A stretch of 64,000 nt of DNA from Scyliorhinus canicula. Lineage: Eukaryota. Each line of letters opens with the position of its first letter. Within the stretch, counting starts at the first letter, position 1. The position numbers were made by a program, and so were the translations under genes. Location: the NCBI RefSeq assembly GCF_902713615.1, contig NC_052158.1, forward strand, positions 12,148,546 to 12,212,545, written 5' to 3'. The notes under the pieces are model-generated. The model was not told where the DNA came from. It did no database searches and saw only the letters and a program-made list of their open reading frames with translations. Shown here piece by piece: positions 50,244 through 63,631 of this stretch.

Positions 50244-51069
50244 TTTGAGTTCTTCCATGCCCTTAGTCTGTGCACTACCTTATCTCTGCCATGTGTTATA
50301 ATTTCTGTTTGTTTTTTATTTCAGCAGACCCACTTTTCTCCAAAACAAAACTGAGCTTCATTATAAAGTTGTATGTGTTTGCTTTATTGTTGCATGTTAA
50401 ATATTTAATATTTACATCAGTAGGGAATAAAATCAGAGAAAAATAATGGACAGCAGCTTTTGTCCAGGGGCAGATAAAGCTCCCACGCGGTATAGAGTGT
50501 GGAGAAATGAAATCAAAATTTTCAACCCTGGTATGGCGTTATTTCCCCGTTTTCTTATTTGAGTTGTAAAATTTCCAGCAAGTGTGCACTAATCAGGATA
50601 TAAAATAAGAGCAAGAATTTAAATAGTATTGACACCCACTATCAAACCACAATTAAAATATTTTTAAAGCAATTGAATCTAATTAAGTATATAGTATGAA
50701 ACATTGATCGAAATCATCAGGCATGCCACGATATAATATACTGAATCCCAACAGTGCAGAAAGAGGCCATTCAGCCTATTGAGTCTGCATTGACCCTCCA
50801 AATGAGCACCCTCACCCAGGTCCACTCCCCCAGCCTATCCCCACAACTCTATCTAATCTTTGGACATGAAGGGGCAATTTAGTGGCCAGTCCACCTAACC
50901 TGCACATCTTTGGACTGTGGGAGGAGACCAGAGCACCTTGACGAAACACATGCACACACTAGGAGAAAGAGCAAACACCACACAGTCACCCAAGATCGGA
51001 ATCAAACCTGGGTCCCTGGTGCTGTGAGGTAGCAGTACTAACCACTGTGTTACCGTGTCACCCTATGAA

Positions 51070-54000
51070 TTATTAATGACGTGAGCATCACTGGTGAGGC
51101 CAATATTTGTTTCCCATCTATAATTGTCCTTGAGAAGGTGGTGGTGAGCTGCAGTCCGTATAGTGTAGGTACACCCACTGTGCTACAGTATTAGGGAGAG
51201 AATTCTAGAATTTTCAGCCAGCAATAGTGAAGCATTGACATTTATTTCCAAGTCAGGATGGTGAGTGACTTGGAGGGTAAATTCCAGGTGGTGGGGTTCC
51301 CATGTGTCTGCTTCCCTTGTCCTTCTAGATTTCAGTGCTTGCAAATTTGAAAAGTGCTGGCTACGGAGCCTTGGTAAGTTCTTGCAGTGTATCTTGTAGA
51401 TGGTACACACTGCTGGTACTGTGCATTGGTGTTGGAGGGAGTGAATGTTTGTGGAAGGGGTGTCAATGAAGCAGTCTGCTTTGTCCTGAATGGTGTAGAC
51501 TTTCATGCGTGTTGAAGCTGCACTCATCCAGGCAAGTGGGGAGTATTCCATCACACTACTGACTTGTGCCTTGTCAAGAGGTGAGTTACTCACTGCAGGA
51601 TTCCTTGCCCTCGACCTGCTCTTGTCGCCAAATTATTTATGTGGTTCGTCCAGTACAGTTTCTGCTCAATAGTAACATCCAGTATGTTGTTAGTGGGTGA
51701 TGTAGTGATAGTAATGCCATTGAATGTCATGGGGCGATGGTTTGATTCTCGCTTATTGGAGATGATCATTGCCTGCCACTTGTGAGGCTGAAATGTAACT
51801 TGCCACTTGTCAGCGCAAGTCTGGATATTGTCCAGGACTTGCTGCATTTGCGCATGGACTGCTTCAGTGTCTGTGGAGTTGTGAAAGGTGCTATACATTG
51901 TGCAGTCATTGTGCAGTCATCAGCGAACATCCCCACATTTGCCCTTGTATTTGCAAGGGAGGTCATTAATGAAGCAGCTAAAGATAGCTGGACCTAGGAC
52001 ACTGCGCTGAAGAACTCCTGCAGTTACGTCTGGAATTGAGATGACTGACTTCCAACAACCATAACCTTCTTCCTAGGTATGCTAGGTACGATTTCAACCA
52101 CTGGAGACTCCCTCCCCCCCCCCCCCCAAACACCGCGATTCCCATTGACTCCAGTTTTGCTAGGGCTCCTTGATCAAATGCTGCCGATGCCAAGGGCATT
52201 TTCACCTCATCCCTGGAGTTGAGCTCTTTTATCCATGTTTGAGCCAAAGCTGTAATAAGGTCAGGAACTAAGTGGCCCTGGAAGAACTCAAACTAGCATC
52301 AGTGAGCAGATTATTGTTAAAATAACAGCTGCTTCAGAGCACTGTTTTTTAAAAAATAATTTTTATTAAGGTTTTCACAAAATATAAACAACACAACAAT
52401 ATTAACAGAACAACCATGGTAAAAACCCAAGAACAACGCCCACCCCACTACAAAAGCAACTACTAACACAAAAACAAACAAAATAAAAGGAGCAAACAAC
52501 AGAAAGGAAAGAGATAACACTCACCACATCCAACAAACCCCTGGACACCCTTCTTCCTCCCACCAACCCCAATTCCCCCCCTCCCTCCCCCCACACCCCC
52601 TCCACCCCCCCCCCCCCCCCCGGGTTGCTGCTGCCGCCGGCCTATTTCCCTACCGTTCCGCCAGGAAGTCTAGGAAAGGCTGCCACCGCCTAAAGAACCC
52701 CTGTACTGATCCCCTCAGGGTGAATTTCACCTTCTCCAATTTAATGAACCCCGCCATATCATTGATCCAGGTCTCCACACTTGGGGGCCTCACATCCTTC
52801 CATTGGAGCAAGATCCTCCGCCGGGCTACTAGGGACGCAAAGGCCAGAACACCGGCCTCTTTCACCTCCTGCACTCCCGGCTCCACTGCAACCCCAAAAA
52901 TTGCGAGTCCTCAGCCTGGCTTGACCCTGGATCCCACCACCCTCGACACCGTCCTTACTACCCCCTTCCAAAACTCCCCCAGCGCTGGGCATGCCCAAAA
53001 CATATGGACGTGGTTCGCTGGGCTCCCCGAGCACCTAGCCCACCTGTCTTCGCCCCCGAAAAACCTACTCATCCCAGTCATGTGGGCCCTATGCAGCACC
53101 TTGAACAGTGTGAGGCTAAGCCTTGCACAGGAAGAGGAGGAATTCACCCTTTCCAGGGCATCCGCCTACGTTCCCTCCTTAATCTCCTCACCCAAGTCAT
53201 CTTCCCATTTCCCCTTCAGCTCCTCCACCGAGGCCTCGTCTACCTCCTGCATTACACGGTATATGTCCGAAATCCCCCCTCCTCCAAACCACACCCTCGA
53301 GAGCATCTTGTCCTGTACCCCACGTGGGGGCAGCAAAGGGAGCCCCTCCACCTGCTGCCTGGCAAACGCCCTAACCTGCATGTACCTGAACATGTTTTCC
53401 GGGGGGAGCCCAAACTTCCCCTCTAACTCCCCCAGGCTCGCGAACCTCCCATCCACAAACAGATCCCTCAACCTCCTAATACCTCCCTATGCCAGCCCAG
53501 AAATCCGCCATCAATGCTCCCTGGAACAAACCGGTGGTTCCCCCATATCGGGGACTCCATCGAGCCCCCCACCTCCCCCCATGCCGTCTCCATCGCCCCC
53601 ACATTTTGAGGGTAGCCGCCACCACCGGGCTCGTGGTATACCTCGTCGGAGGGAGCAGAAATGGCGCCGTTACCAGCGCCTCCAGGCTCGTGCCCACACA
53701 GGACGCCATCTCCATCCTCTTCCATGCTGCCCCTTCCCCGTCCATCACCGACTTACGCACCATCGCTGTGTTGGCAGCCCAATAGTACCCACAGAGGTTG
53801 GGCAGCGCCAGCCCCCCTATCCCTGCCCTGCTCCAAGAACACCCTTCTAACCCTCGGAGTCCCATGCACCCATACAAATCCCGTAATACTCCTGTTAACT
53901 CTCCTAAAAAAGGCCTTCGGGATAAGGATTGGAAGGCACTGGAACAGGGACAAGAACCTCGGGAGCACCGTCATCTTGACGTACTGCATCCTATCAGCCA

Positions 54001-55490
54001 GTGACAGCGGTAACATATCCCACCTTTTGAACTCCTCCTCCATTTGCTCCACCAACCTTGTGAGGTTGAGCTTGTGCAGGGCCCCCCAGCTCCCAGCCAC
54101 CTGGACTCCTAGGTACCTGAAGCTCCTCCCTGCCTGCTTTAGTGGGAGCCTACTAATCCCCTCCTCCTGATCCCCCGGATGCACCACAAACAGCTCGCTC
54201 TTACCGAGGTTGAGCTTATAACCAGAAAAGCCCCCAAATTCGCTGAGAATCCTCATCACCTCCGGCATTCCCCCACCGGGTCCGCCACATACAGCAACAG
54301 GTCGTCCGCTTAAAGCGACAATCGATGCTCCTCCCCACCCCGCGCCAGGCCCCTCCAGTTCCCCGACTCCCTCAACGTCATGGCCAGGGGCTCAATTGCC
54401 AATGCAAAGAGCAAGGGGGACAGGGGACACCCCTGTCTTGTCCCCCAGTGCAGCCGAAAGTACTCCGACCTCCTCCTATCCATGGCTACACTCGCCATCG
54501 GGGCCTCATAAAGCAACCTCACCCAATGGACAAACCCCTCCCCAAACCCAAACCTTTTCAACACCTCCCACAGATACCCCCACTCAACCTTATCAAAGGC
54601 CTTCTCCGCGTCTAATGCCACCACTATCTCCGCCTCCCCTTCTACAGCCGGCATCATAATGACATTGAGGAGCCTTTGTATGTTGGTATTCAACTGCCTT
54701 CCCTTTACAAACCCCGTCTGGTCCTCGTGGATGACCTCCGGCACACAATCCTCTATTCTTGTAGCTAAGACAGCAGCTTGGCGTCTACATTTAGCAGCGA
54801 GATCGGCCTATGTGACCCACACTGCAGAGGGTCCTAGTCCCGCTTAATGATCAAGGAAATCAGCACCCGTGACATAGTTGGGGGCAAAGCCCCCCCCCCT
54901 CCCTTACCTCGTTAAAGGTCCGGACCAACAGGGGGCCCAACAGGTCCGCGTACATTTTATAAAATTCGGCCGGAAACCTATCCGGCCCCGGCGCCTTCCC
55001 CGACTGCATGCTCCGCTTCAGAGCACTGTTAGTGACAACTTCCATCACTTTACTGATGATTGAGAGTAGGCTGATAGGATGGCAAATGTTCATGTAGGAT
55101 TTGTCCTGCTTTTTGTGTACAGGACATACATGGGCAATGTTCCACATTGCTGGGTCGATGCCTGTGTTGTAGCTGTACTGGAACAGCTTGACTAGGAGTG
55201 CAGCAAGTTCTGGAGAACAGGTCTTCAGTACTATTGCCGGAATATTGTCAGCCTTTGTACTATCCAGTGCCTTCAACCGTTCCTTAATATCACACGGAGT
55301 GAAACGAATTGACTGAAGACTGGCATCTGCAATGCTCGCTACCTCTGGAGGAGATGGGGATGGATCAACCACTCGGCTGAAAATTATTGTGAATACTTCA
55401 GCCTTGTTTTTTGCATAAATGTGCTAGGCTCCTCCATCATTGAGGATGGAGTCATTTGTGGATCTTCCTCCTCCTGTGAGTTGTTTAGGA
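51070..55490 (-). mobile_element. CR1/L2-group LINE RT region, split by an L1
   Basis: DNIPAIVLKTCSPELA..PVHKK..PISLLSIISKVME, MFADDCT, ADKWQVTF, KAQVSSVMEYSPLAW. Confidence 0.8.
52347..55014 (-). mobile_element. 5'-truncated L1-clade LINE, related to the 18-24 kb copy
   Basis: 16-bp TSD gcttcagagcactgtt at 52331-52346 and 55015-55030; RT motifs LDAEKAFDKVEW and RQGCPLSPLLF. Confidence 0.92.
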
Positions 55491-57029
55491 GCAGGAATAG
55501 GCCAATCAGACCATTCAACATTCGCTGTTATGCAATAAGACCATGGGTAATCTGATTATACCTTCCCGCCTAATTAGGAGTCTATCTAGCTCTGCCTTAA
55601 AAATACTCAATGATGCTACTTCCACAGCCTTTTGAGGAAGAGAATTCCAGAGGCTCACAACCCTCTGAGAGAAATATATTTTACTCATCTCCATCTTATG
55701 ATTTGTCCAGTGGTTTAAAACTGGTGGAATTGAATGTATAGGGATACCCAGAACCGATGATTCAATCAATTTTGCAGACGAATCGTTCAAGTGAAATCAT
55801 AGAATAGAATTTACAGTGCCATTCTGCCCATCAAGTCTTCACTGTCTCTCGGAAAGAGCACCCCATTTAAGCCCACACCTCCACCCTATCCCCGTAAACA
55901 AGCTACTCCGCGTAACCTAAGAGCAATTTCGCATAGCCAATCCACCTAACCTGCACATCTTTGTACTGCGGGAGGAAACCCGGAGCACCCAGAGGAAACC
56001 CACGTAGACACAGGGCGAATGTGCAGACTCCACACAGACAGTGACCAAAGCCAAGGAATCGAACCTGGGACCCTGGCGCTGTGAAGCTACTGTGTTAACC
56101 ACTGTGTTACCATTCACATTTAAATGGTAAAAAATAAAAATGGACTTGGTGGGAGGGATGCTTGAGGAAAGTTGAAAGTACTTGAAAACAAAATGAAGTA
56201 AATCTGAACATAGTGATTTCAGGAATGCATTATTTTTTTATCTACAGATTTTAAAAGGAAAGAGATAGGGGTAGAGAGAGGTCAGAGATGTCGGGTTGGA
56301 ATTTCTTTATTAAAGTAATGTAATTAATTAATATATATATATAAATATATATGTAAATACATCAAAAGGAAGAATTGCAGAATCGAGTGGCGCGATCCTT
56401 TGTTATAGTTTTGTTGCATGGATTGTAGAAATTATTAACCATTTCCAAGTTTATTGGCCAGGAGTACACCAAAGTTGAATCCAAAATGAGCATGTCAGTG
56501 GTTAAAAATAAAAAGGAGGTGAGTCCTTAAAACGTCACTTCGCACAATTGGAACTGGCTTCAGAATTGACGCGAGATTATTGCTACTCTTTATTTTACAT
56601 TAAGCAATGACAGCGAGAGGAATACAGTGCGCTACAAGCCTTGATGTCATGAACCAAAATCAAGTCTAAATTTACCCCCAGCAATGATCAGCTCCTTCAG
56701 CAACTGCCCCTTGTTTCCCACCCCTCTTCCTACTCACTGCTGGGTCCACTCATCACCCACCATCCCCAACTACACCACCGCCCTCCCCCCCCCCCCCCCC
56801 CACACACACACAGAAACTCCCCACCTCCACTCCTCACCAGTCACCCTAAATGCTATTGCGTTCAGCAGTTTGTATGAAGATTATTACAACTGTCCATTAA
56901 AATATGTGTATATTCCGTATATTTTGAAAGAACAATCTGTCCACCAACCCCCACCCCACCCACCCCATCCCGCTGCTGATTCTCAGCATTGAAGCCATGG
57001 CGTTTGCTTGCATCACGTAACTATTAGTG

Positions 57030-57530
57030 GGACACAGGGATTAGGAGCAGAAGGAGGCAATCCAGCCCCTCGAACCTGCTCCGCCATTAAATTCAAACAA
57101 GGCTGATCTTTTTGGGGTCTCAAATCCACCTCTCTACCTGTTCCCCATAGCCCTTTCATTCGTTTTTAGAAATCAGAAATGTATCTCCTTCCTGAAACCA
57201 TTTAATGGTTTTAACTCCACCTCACTAATGGGGCAGTGAGTTCACAAATTTATCACCCTCTGCGGGAAGTAGTTCCTCCTCATCTCAGTTTTAAATCTAC
57301 CACCTCTCAACCTGTACCTGTGACTTCTCGTTCTAGATTGCCCCACAATGGGGAACATTTGGTCCACGGTTACATTATCAATCCATTTTAATATTTTATA
57401 AGCCTCAATCAGATCCCTTCTAATCCTTCTAAACTCCAGCGAGTATAAGCCCAAACTGATAAGAATAGAACTGTTTAATCTCTCCTCATACGTCAACCTA
57501 CTTTCATCCCCGGAATCAGTCTGATGAACT
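57030..57530 (-). mobile_element. CR1 LINE 3' end
   Basis: YEERL..LGLYSLEFRRIRRDLIEAYKI..RTRSHRYRLRGGRFKTEMRRNYF.QRV. Confidence 0.8.
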
Positions 57531-57734
57531 GATGTATCTAGTGATTGGTCCAACCAGAATATTCATTTCAAAATGTCTTGCCCTGCAAAGGATCAGCTTC
57601 TTAAATAGATACATATATACATTTAAGTGGTGTCAATGACAGACAAGCCCACCCAGTCATCTTTAATGTCCGCTTCTAAACACCCCACACTCTGAAAGCT
57701 TCTGCTCATTATCAACCCTCTGGGTTTGGTAACA

Positions 57735-58030
57735 TAGTGGTCAGCACTATGGCTTCACAGCACCAGAGTCCCAGGTGCGATTCCCGGCTTGGGTCACTGT
57801 CTCTGTGGAGACTGCACTTGTCTGCGTGGGTTTCCTCCGGCTGCTCCAGTTTCCCCCCACAAGTCCCGAAAGATGTGCTGTTAGGTGAATTGGACATTCT
57901 GAATTCTCCCTCTGTGTACTGTGCCATTGGAGTGTGGCGAGCGGGGCTTTTCACAATAACTTCATTAATGTAAACCTACTTGTGACAATAAAGATTTTAT
58001 TTTATTTTATTTATTTATTATTTTATTATT
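57735..58030 (+). mobile_element. SINE (tail B) ending in (tttta)n
   Basis: Head, V-core and ...cctacttgtgacaataaag tail. Confidence 0.8.
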
Positions 58031-58267
58031 CTCCCACCCATTCCCTTTAAATGCCGCTTCAATCTGTTTCGCCCTTTAATTTTGTTTCTATTATTTAGTT
58101 TACCGGGAGTCAAATGGGTTTCTTGGTCCTGTGTTCCACCCTGGTGTTAAATCTCACCTAGATCCGCTCCCTCTCTCCCTTGTTTTCCCCCATGGACCTT
58201 GATATATTTCAGCCTGGGTTTCAACTCTCCCCGGGAATGGGAAGTCTGAAATTATAGGATGTGCCTG

Positions 58268-58815
58268 TTAGTGACCTTTCAGCCCGCAGATTGTCAGCGG
58301 TGCGGAATTGGACCCATCGTCATCCAGCCCCGGATCGAAGAAGGGGAAGATTCTCTCAGTGAAAGTGTGGGTGAAAGTGTGGAGATGGGACATGTTATCC
58401 GCATTGTAAAATGACACCTGTCCCCCTTCGTAATCCAGGTAAACCCCGATCTTCCGGGGATTCACACTCGGGCTGAGGGGTGTATTCGGGGAGTTGGCAG
58501 CAAAGTAGCCTCTTCCGGGTTCCAACCACACAGGCCAATATCCATTTTTGGGGTTCGGGTCCAGTATCATCTTCCTGTCAGCAGACTCCAGGGTCACTCC
58601 CAAGTCCCACTGAGTCTTCCCTCCGACCTCCACCTCCCAGTAATGTCTCCCTGATGTGAATCCCTCTGATCCCAGGACGCAGAACAGGTAATCAAACCTC
58701 TCCGGGATGTCAGGAAGCTGCTGCCGTTTGTCTCCGAGTCTCATACTGGTCCGGTCCTCAGACAGGATGAGCCAGGGGTTCGCTGTGTTCGGATCCAGAG
58801 TCAGAGAGGCTGGAG
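58268..58815 (-). CDS. Terminal PRY-SPRY (B30.2) exon of a second TRIM paralog; upstream exons not seen in the window
   Basis: Acceptor catccccag|CT CCA GCC (same phase as the first TRIM gene); [46 protein letters not shown]; open to the stop. Confidence 0.88.
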
Positions 58816-59723
58816 CTGGGGATGAAAATTAGAATAACACAGTCAGTGATTGGATTTGTGCCTGTGAGCCATTCAAAAGCATGACTGTTTCGAGTGCACC
58901 ACTGGATGCTGGGCTGTATTTATGAAAGCTGCTATCATTCGAGGGGTTATGCGGTGTTAGCGGGCGGAATGACATCCTTCTGTGCAACAAATGATTCTCT
59001 GCCGCTGGATCAGGGCTTTGGAGGTGAGGAGGGGAAAATTGAGGGAAAGATGGACTCTGGAAGTGGGGGCAGAGGGTGGTGGGCAGATGGCAGATCAGGA
59101 GTGAAGGTGGAAAAGAATAGGACAGAGAGCAAAAGTGCGAGAGCGAAAGTGCGTGAGGATAGAGCAGAGAGAGAGCTGTGGAAAGGAAAATATAACCGGG
59201 TGAAGAGTGGTGGATAGAGGGGTTCTACAATCTCTCCTTATAATAAAAGCCCCCTATCCCGAGTCGCGGATTGGTAGCCCACCCACTACACTCTAAATGC
59301 ATTGAAACACTCACAAATGTATGGTGCTCAGAATTGTGTACGATATTTCATGAAGGCCCAGTCTTTAGACATTGAATGCTGCAATATGAAATATGGGTAC
59401 GTTTACTAACCATAGGACTGACAGGACAAGATCCAGTTTGTATCTGCTGCTTTTCTCCCCAAAGTGCATGTGGCATGTAGCAGATTTCGACCAATCTGAG
59501 TGAACTTGTCTTTTTGGACTGAAAACAAAGCTTTGTGGTGACGAATCCCTTGTGCAGTCGTCACATCGACCCACAGAGTCCACTTGCCAATCAGCACACC
59601 GGTTCACATACAATATACATTGTTATGTCCTTTGAAATTTGATGTCCTTGCTTCGGGCCTGATGAACACAAGACGGAAATCTTGGGCAGCATGTCTCTTT
59701 TTTCAGCAACGTACTACCAAACG

Positions 59724-59950
59724 GGCAGCAGGGTGGTGCAGCGGTTAGCACTGCAGTCTCACGGCGCCGAGGTCCCAGGTTTGATCCCGGCTCTGGGCCA
59801 CTGTACGTGTGGAGTTTGCACATTCTCCCCGTGTTTGCGTGGGTTTTGCCCCCACAACACAAAGATGCGCAAGGTAGGTGGATTGGACACGCTAAATTGC
59901 CCCTTAATTGGAAAAAATGGAATTGGGTACTCTAAATTTAAAAAAAAAAC
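59724..59950 (+). mobile_element. SINE (tail C, poly-A end)
   Basis: Flanks aacgtactaccaaa / aacattctaccaaa look like a decayed TSD. Confidence 0.8.
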
Positions 59951-60164
59951 ATTCTACCAAATGACTGTATGACTCAGAAAGTCTTTGGTGTTTTCTTTCA
60001 CCCCCAGCATACTGTTCTGAGCTTCATCCGGTGTGACAAACTCTGTTCCTCAACCTCTCACCGTGTCCCTCAGAATGTGTCAAGAGCTTAAAGAAATGCA
60101 CAAGGAACCGGCAACCAAAGCTCCAATTTGACCGTGAGGCACCGTATAATCAACGACATTTAAC

Positions 60165-60427
60165 TAATAATCTTTATTGTCACAAGTAGACTTACATTAA
60201 CATTGTCGCCACATTCCGGCGCCTGTTCAGGTACACAGAGGGAGAATTCAGAATGTCCAATTCACCTGACAGCACGTCTTTGGGGACTTGTGGGAGGAAA
60301 CTGGAGCACCCGGGGGAAACCCTCGCAGACACAGGCAGACTGCGCACAGACAATGACCCAAGCGGGAATCGAACTTGGGACCCTGTCGCTTTGAAGCAAC
60401 AAGTGCTAACCACTGTGCTGCCGTGCT
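60165..60427 (-). mobile_element. SINE (tail B)
   Basis: As the 4210-4489 copy. Confidence 0.8.
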
Positions 60428-61019
60428 TATCTTGAACTATTCCAATGCTAGTAGAAAAAAACGCTCGTTCCATGTTTTGCTCAATACAAGTTTCCATTAA
60501 TAATGGAGATTAAAGGGAGACACAATGTGACTGATTTATAATAGCTTCGAGGAGAATTGTACCCTGAAATCTATCTCTCTCTGAGGTGTGGCGCAAATGC
60601 AAAGACACACACGCTAGTCATCGAGGAACCCAGGCTTGGGGACATGGAGGTTCAAATCCTATCACAGCAGCTGATGGAATGAAATTTGTGAGTAAATCTG
60701 GAAGCTAGTCTCAGTGATCGAGACCATGAAACTAGAATCAATTGTGGTAAAGACCCATCAGGTTTACTAATACCCTTTAAAAGGTAATCTGCCGCCCTTA
60801 CCATGTCTGGCCAACTGCAGGCCCACAGCTAATGTGGTTGACTCTTAACAACCTTCCAAAATGGCCTAGCAAGCCACTTAGTTCAAGGACAAATAGGAAT
60901 TGGCAAGATATGTTGGCCCAGCCAGCAATGCCCGCACCCCAAAGAATTAAAAAAAAACCTGATTAGCACTGTCGAATTGAGGAGAGGGATAAGAACCCAT
61001 CTCAGGAGTAAAAAGGAAA

Positions 61020-61244
61020 GGCAGCACGGTGTGCAGTGGTTAGCCCTGCAGCCTCACGGCGCCAAGGTCCCAGGTTCGATCCCAGCTCTGGGTCACTGTC
61101 CATGTGGAGTTTGCACATTCTCCCTGTGTTTATATGGGTTTCGCCCCCACAACACAAAGATGTGCAGGCTAGGTGGATTGGCCATGCTACATTGCTGCTT
61201 AATTGGAAAAAATGAATTGGGTACTCTAAATTTTTTTTTTTTAA
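61020..61244 (+). mobile_element. SINE (tail C)
   Basis: 16-bp TSD aggagtaaaaaggaaa at 61004-61019 and 61245-61260. Confidence 0.85.
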
Positions 61245-62534
61245 AGGAGTAAAAAGGAAAAATAGAGTGAAGAAATGTAAAAAGCACAGAAACCAAGCAG
61301 GACAACTAAATGTTAAACAGAGGAAGGATTAAAACAAAATTATTGCCGCAAACAAAACAGATGTAAAAGAAGTGGAGAGAGCCGATATCACAGGAAGAAG
61401 GAAGAGATTTAAAAAATAATCGAGAGAGAAACCAGAAATGAGGATACAAAACAGTTAGGAAGTTGAGAAAGAGTTTGCGGCCACATTATGTGCTGAGCCA
61501 TAGACTAGCCAGGAATGTAGGCAAACCTGGAACAACCGGTTAATCCTCAAATTGTGAGACCACAACCTCCCCTTGGAATGAACCCATTTCTACTCCAACC
61601 TACACCAGGCAGGGTACAGGATCCATGATTCAACCTGAAGCAATCTCATTGATACAACATCAGATGATGTGACATTGTGCAATTAGGACATGTACCAATT
61701 ATTCTTTCTCAACAAATCTGAGCCTCCACCCTGCCCTCCTGGAAGCTGTAGAATTATAATCCCGTCTCTGAGCTCTGTGCATCTCTTCTGACACATCGTA
61801 AGTAGAAAATTATGGTCAGAACTATTGCATCCATTAACAATGCTGCCAACCCTATTGATATAGACCACTAAAATTATTTTTGCAAATCTTCTTCCTCCCA
61901 ATTATTAATTACATCCAAATAATTTCCATTCATCAGGTTTAGAAGATTGGACAATCATGGTCTTTGAACTTTACCTTATAATTACACCCACAGAACTAAG
62001 CATGCGCCTATTATTTCCACAACTCTGCCACTCTTCCTGCATGCAGTGCAAGAATTATAGAGTTGTTATAATGGGGGGCACCACTTAAACAAATATAGAT
62101 TGGAGCAGAAATAGTTTAAAGACAGATAAGGGCAACTGTTTCCAGCTAAGAGTATAAGAGTAGACAGTCTGGCCCTTCAAGCCGCCTCCTGCATTCAATA
62201 AGATCATGACTGATCTAATTGTGGCTTAACTCTTCTTTCTTGCTTGAACAACCCACCACCTCCCCCACAAACAAAAACACCCCTATCCATCAAATATTTG
62301 TCTACCTCAGCCTTGAATGTGTTCAACGACTCGGTCTCCACTGCTCCCTACGGTTGAGAACTCCAAAGACTAAGACTGTCCGAGAGAAGACATTCCTTCT
62401 CATCACCATCTTAAACTGGTGACCCCTTATTTTTGAAACTGTATCCTAGGTTCTTATTTCCCCATGAAGGGAAACATCCTCTCAGTATCTACCTAGTGAA
62501 GCCCCCTCAGAATCTGATTGGTGTCGCTAAGAAA

Positions 62535-62912
62535 AGAGATGGTAGCATACCAGTTGTGTCACTGGGTTAGTAATCCTGAAGTCCAGGCTAATGTTCTGGT
62601 GGCATGGGTTCAAATCCCACCACGGCAGTTGATGAACTTTAACATCAATTAATAAATCTGGAATAAAATGGAGACCGTAATAACGATCATTGATTGTTGT
62701 ACAAACCCATCTGGTTAATAATGTCCTTTAGGGAACAAAAATCTGCTATTTGTACCTGGTCTGGCATACACATGCTTCCAGGTCCACAGCAATGTGGCTG
62801 ATTCTTAACTGTTCTCTGAATTGGCTGAGTCAACCACTCAGCTTATGGGGAACTTGGATTCGGCAGCAAATGCCGGACTTGCTAGCGGCACACATATCCC
62901 ATTAAAGAACTT
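62535..62912 (+). mobile_element. Older SINE family (tail E; other copies at about 24500-24780, 34475-34890, 35655-35920, 60610-60950)
   Basis: GGTTCAAATCCC head motif, conserved body cccatctggtt..taatgtccttt and a 3' end resembling that of the 51070 LINE. Confidence 0.6.
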
Positions 62913-63631
62913 TAAAATATCACCTTCATTCTTCTAAACTCCAATGAGTAAAGTCACAACCTGCTCAATCTTTCCTCACAAGGCAAACCACTCATCTCAG
63001 ATATCAGCCCAGGGAAATATCTCTGAACAGCTTCCATGTGGAAATGTCTCCCTTTCTAGAGGGTGTTCAATTTTCCGTGCCAGTGTTATTCCAGCCCAAC
63101 GAGGAAGGAGGCATTTCTGGGCCTGGTTCTGTGGCATGAGGTGGCTCAAATGGGTCAAGGCTCAGTAAGGGTACAAGCAGGAGACAAGAATTAGGCTAGC
63201 TGTAGAAAAGGACAAGTGACAATCCAGAGTAAAAAATAAAGAACTGGGGGAGGGCCAGCTTCAATGGGGAAGGAATTGATCTGACCCAAATAAATTGAAA
63301 TCAAAGATTGTCAGGTAAAATTCTAACAAAACAATGGGCCGACTTTAAAGAGGAGGAATTTCAGGTGCAGTCAATGTATTTACTCCAATGGGCAAAGACA
63401 GGACAGACACATCAGAGGCCTCTGAATGACATGAACAAAATAATAAATACTTAGGAAATAGGAGCAAGAAGCCATTTGGCCCTCAGCCTGCTCAGCCACT
63501 CATTATGATCATCCAGCTCAATAGCCTGGTTGTGCTTTACCCCATATCCTATGATGCCCTTCATCCCAAGTGCTTTATCGAACTGCTTCTGGAAAATATA
63601 CAGGGCTTGATTCTTCATTCCTGTGACTAAG

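Noticed and set aside
52720-53850. 376-aa plus-strand ORF and similar long ORFs at 18-23 kb and 43861-44652
   Set aside because: Antisense or alternative frames of GC-rich L1 ORF2; no independent protein signature.
54860-55372. Apparent novel hybrid reverse-transcriptase ORF
   Set aside because: Chance in-frame junction between the host LINE and the nested L1 at the 16-bp TSD; both partners are decayed.
59655-59690. Fourth hammerhead-like motif CTGATGA...GAAA
   Set aside because: Helices I-III do not pair convincingly; at best a decayed copy.
2094-61244. tRNA genes suggested by A/B-box-like GGTTCGA motifs
   Set aside because: All lie at SINE heads followed by V-core and tails; no standalone cloverleaf was seen.
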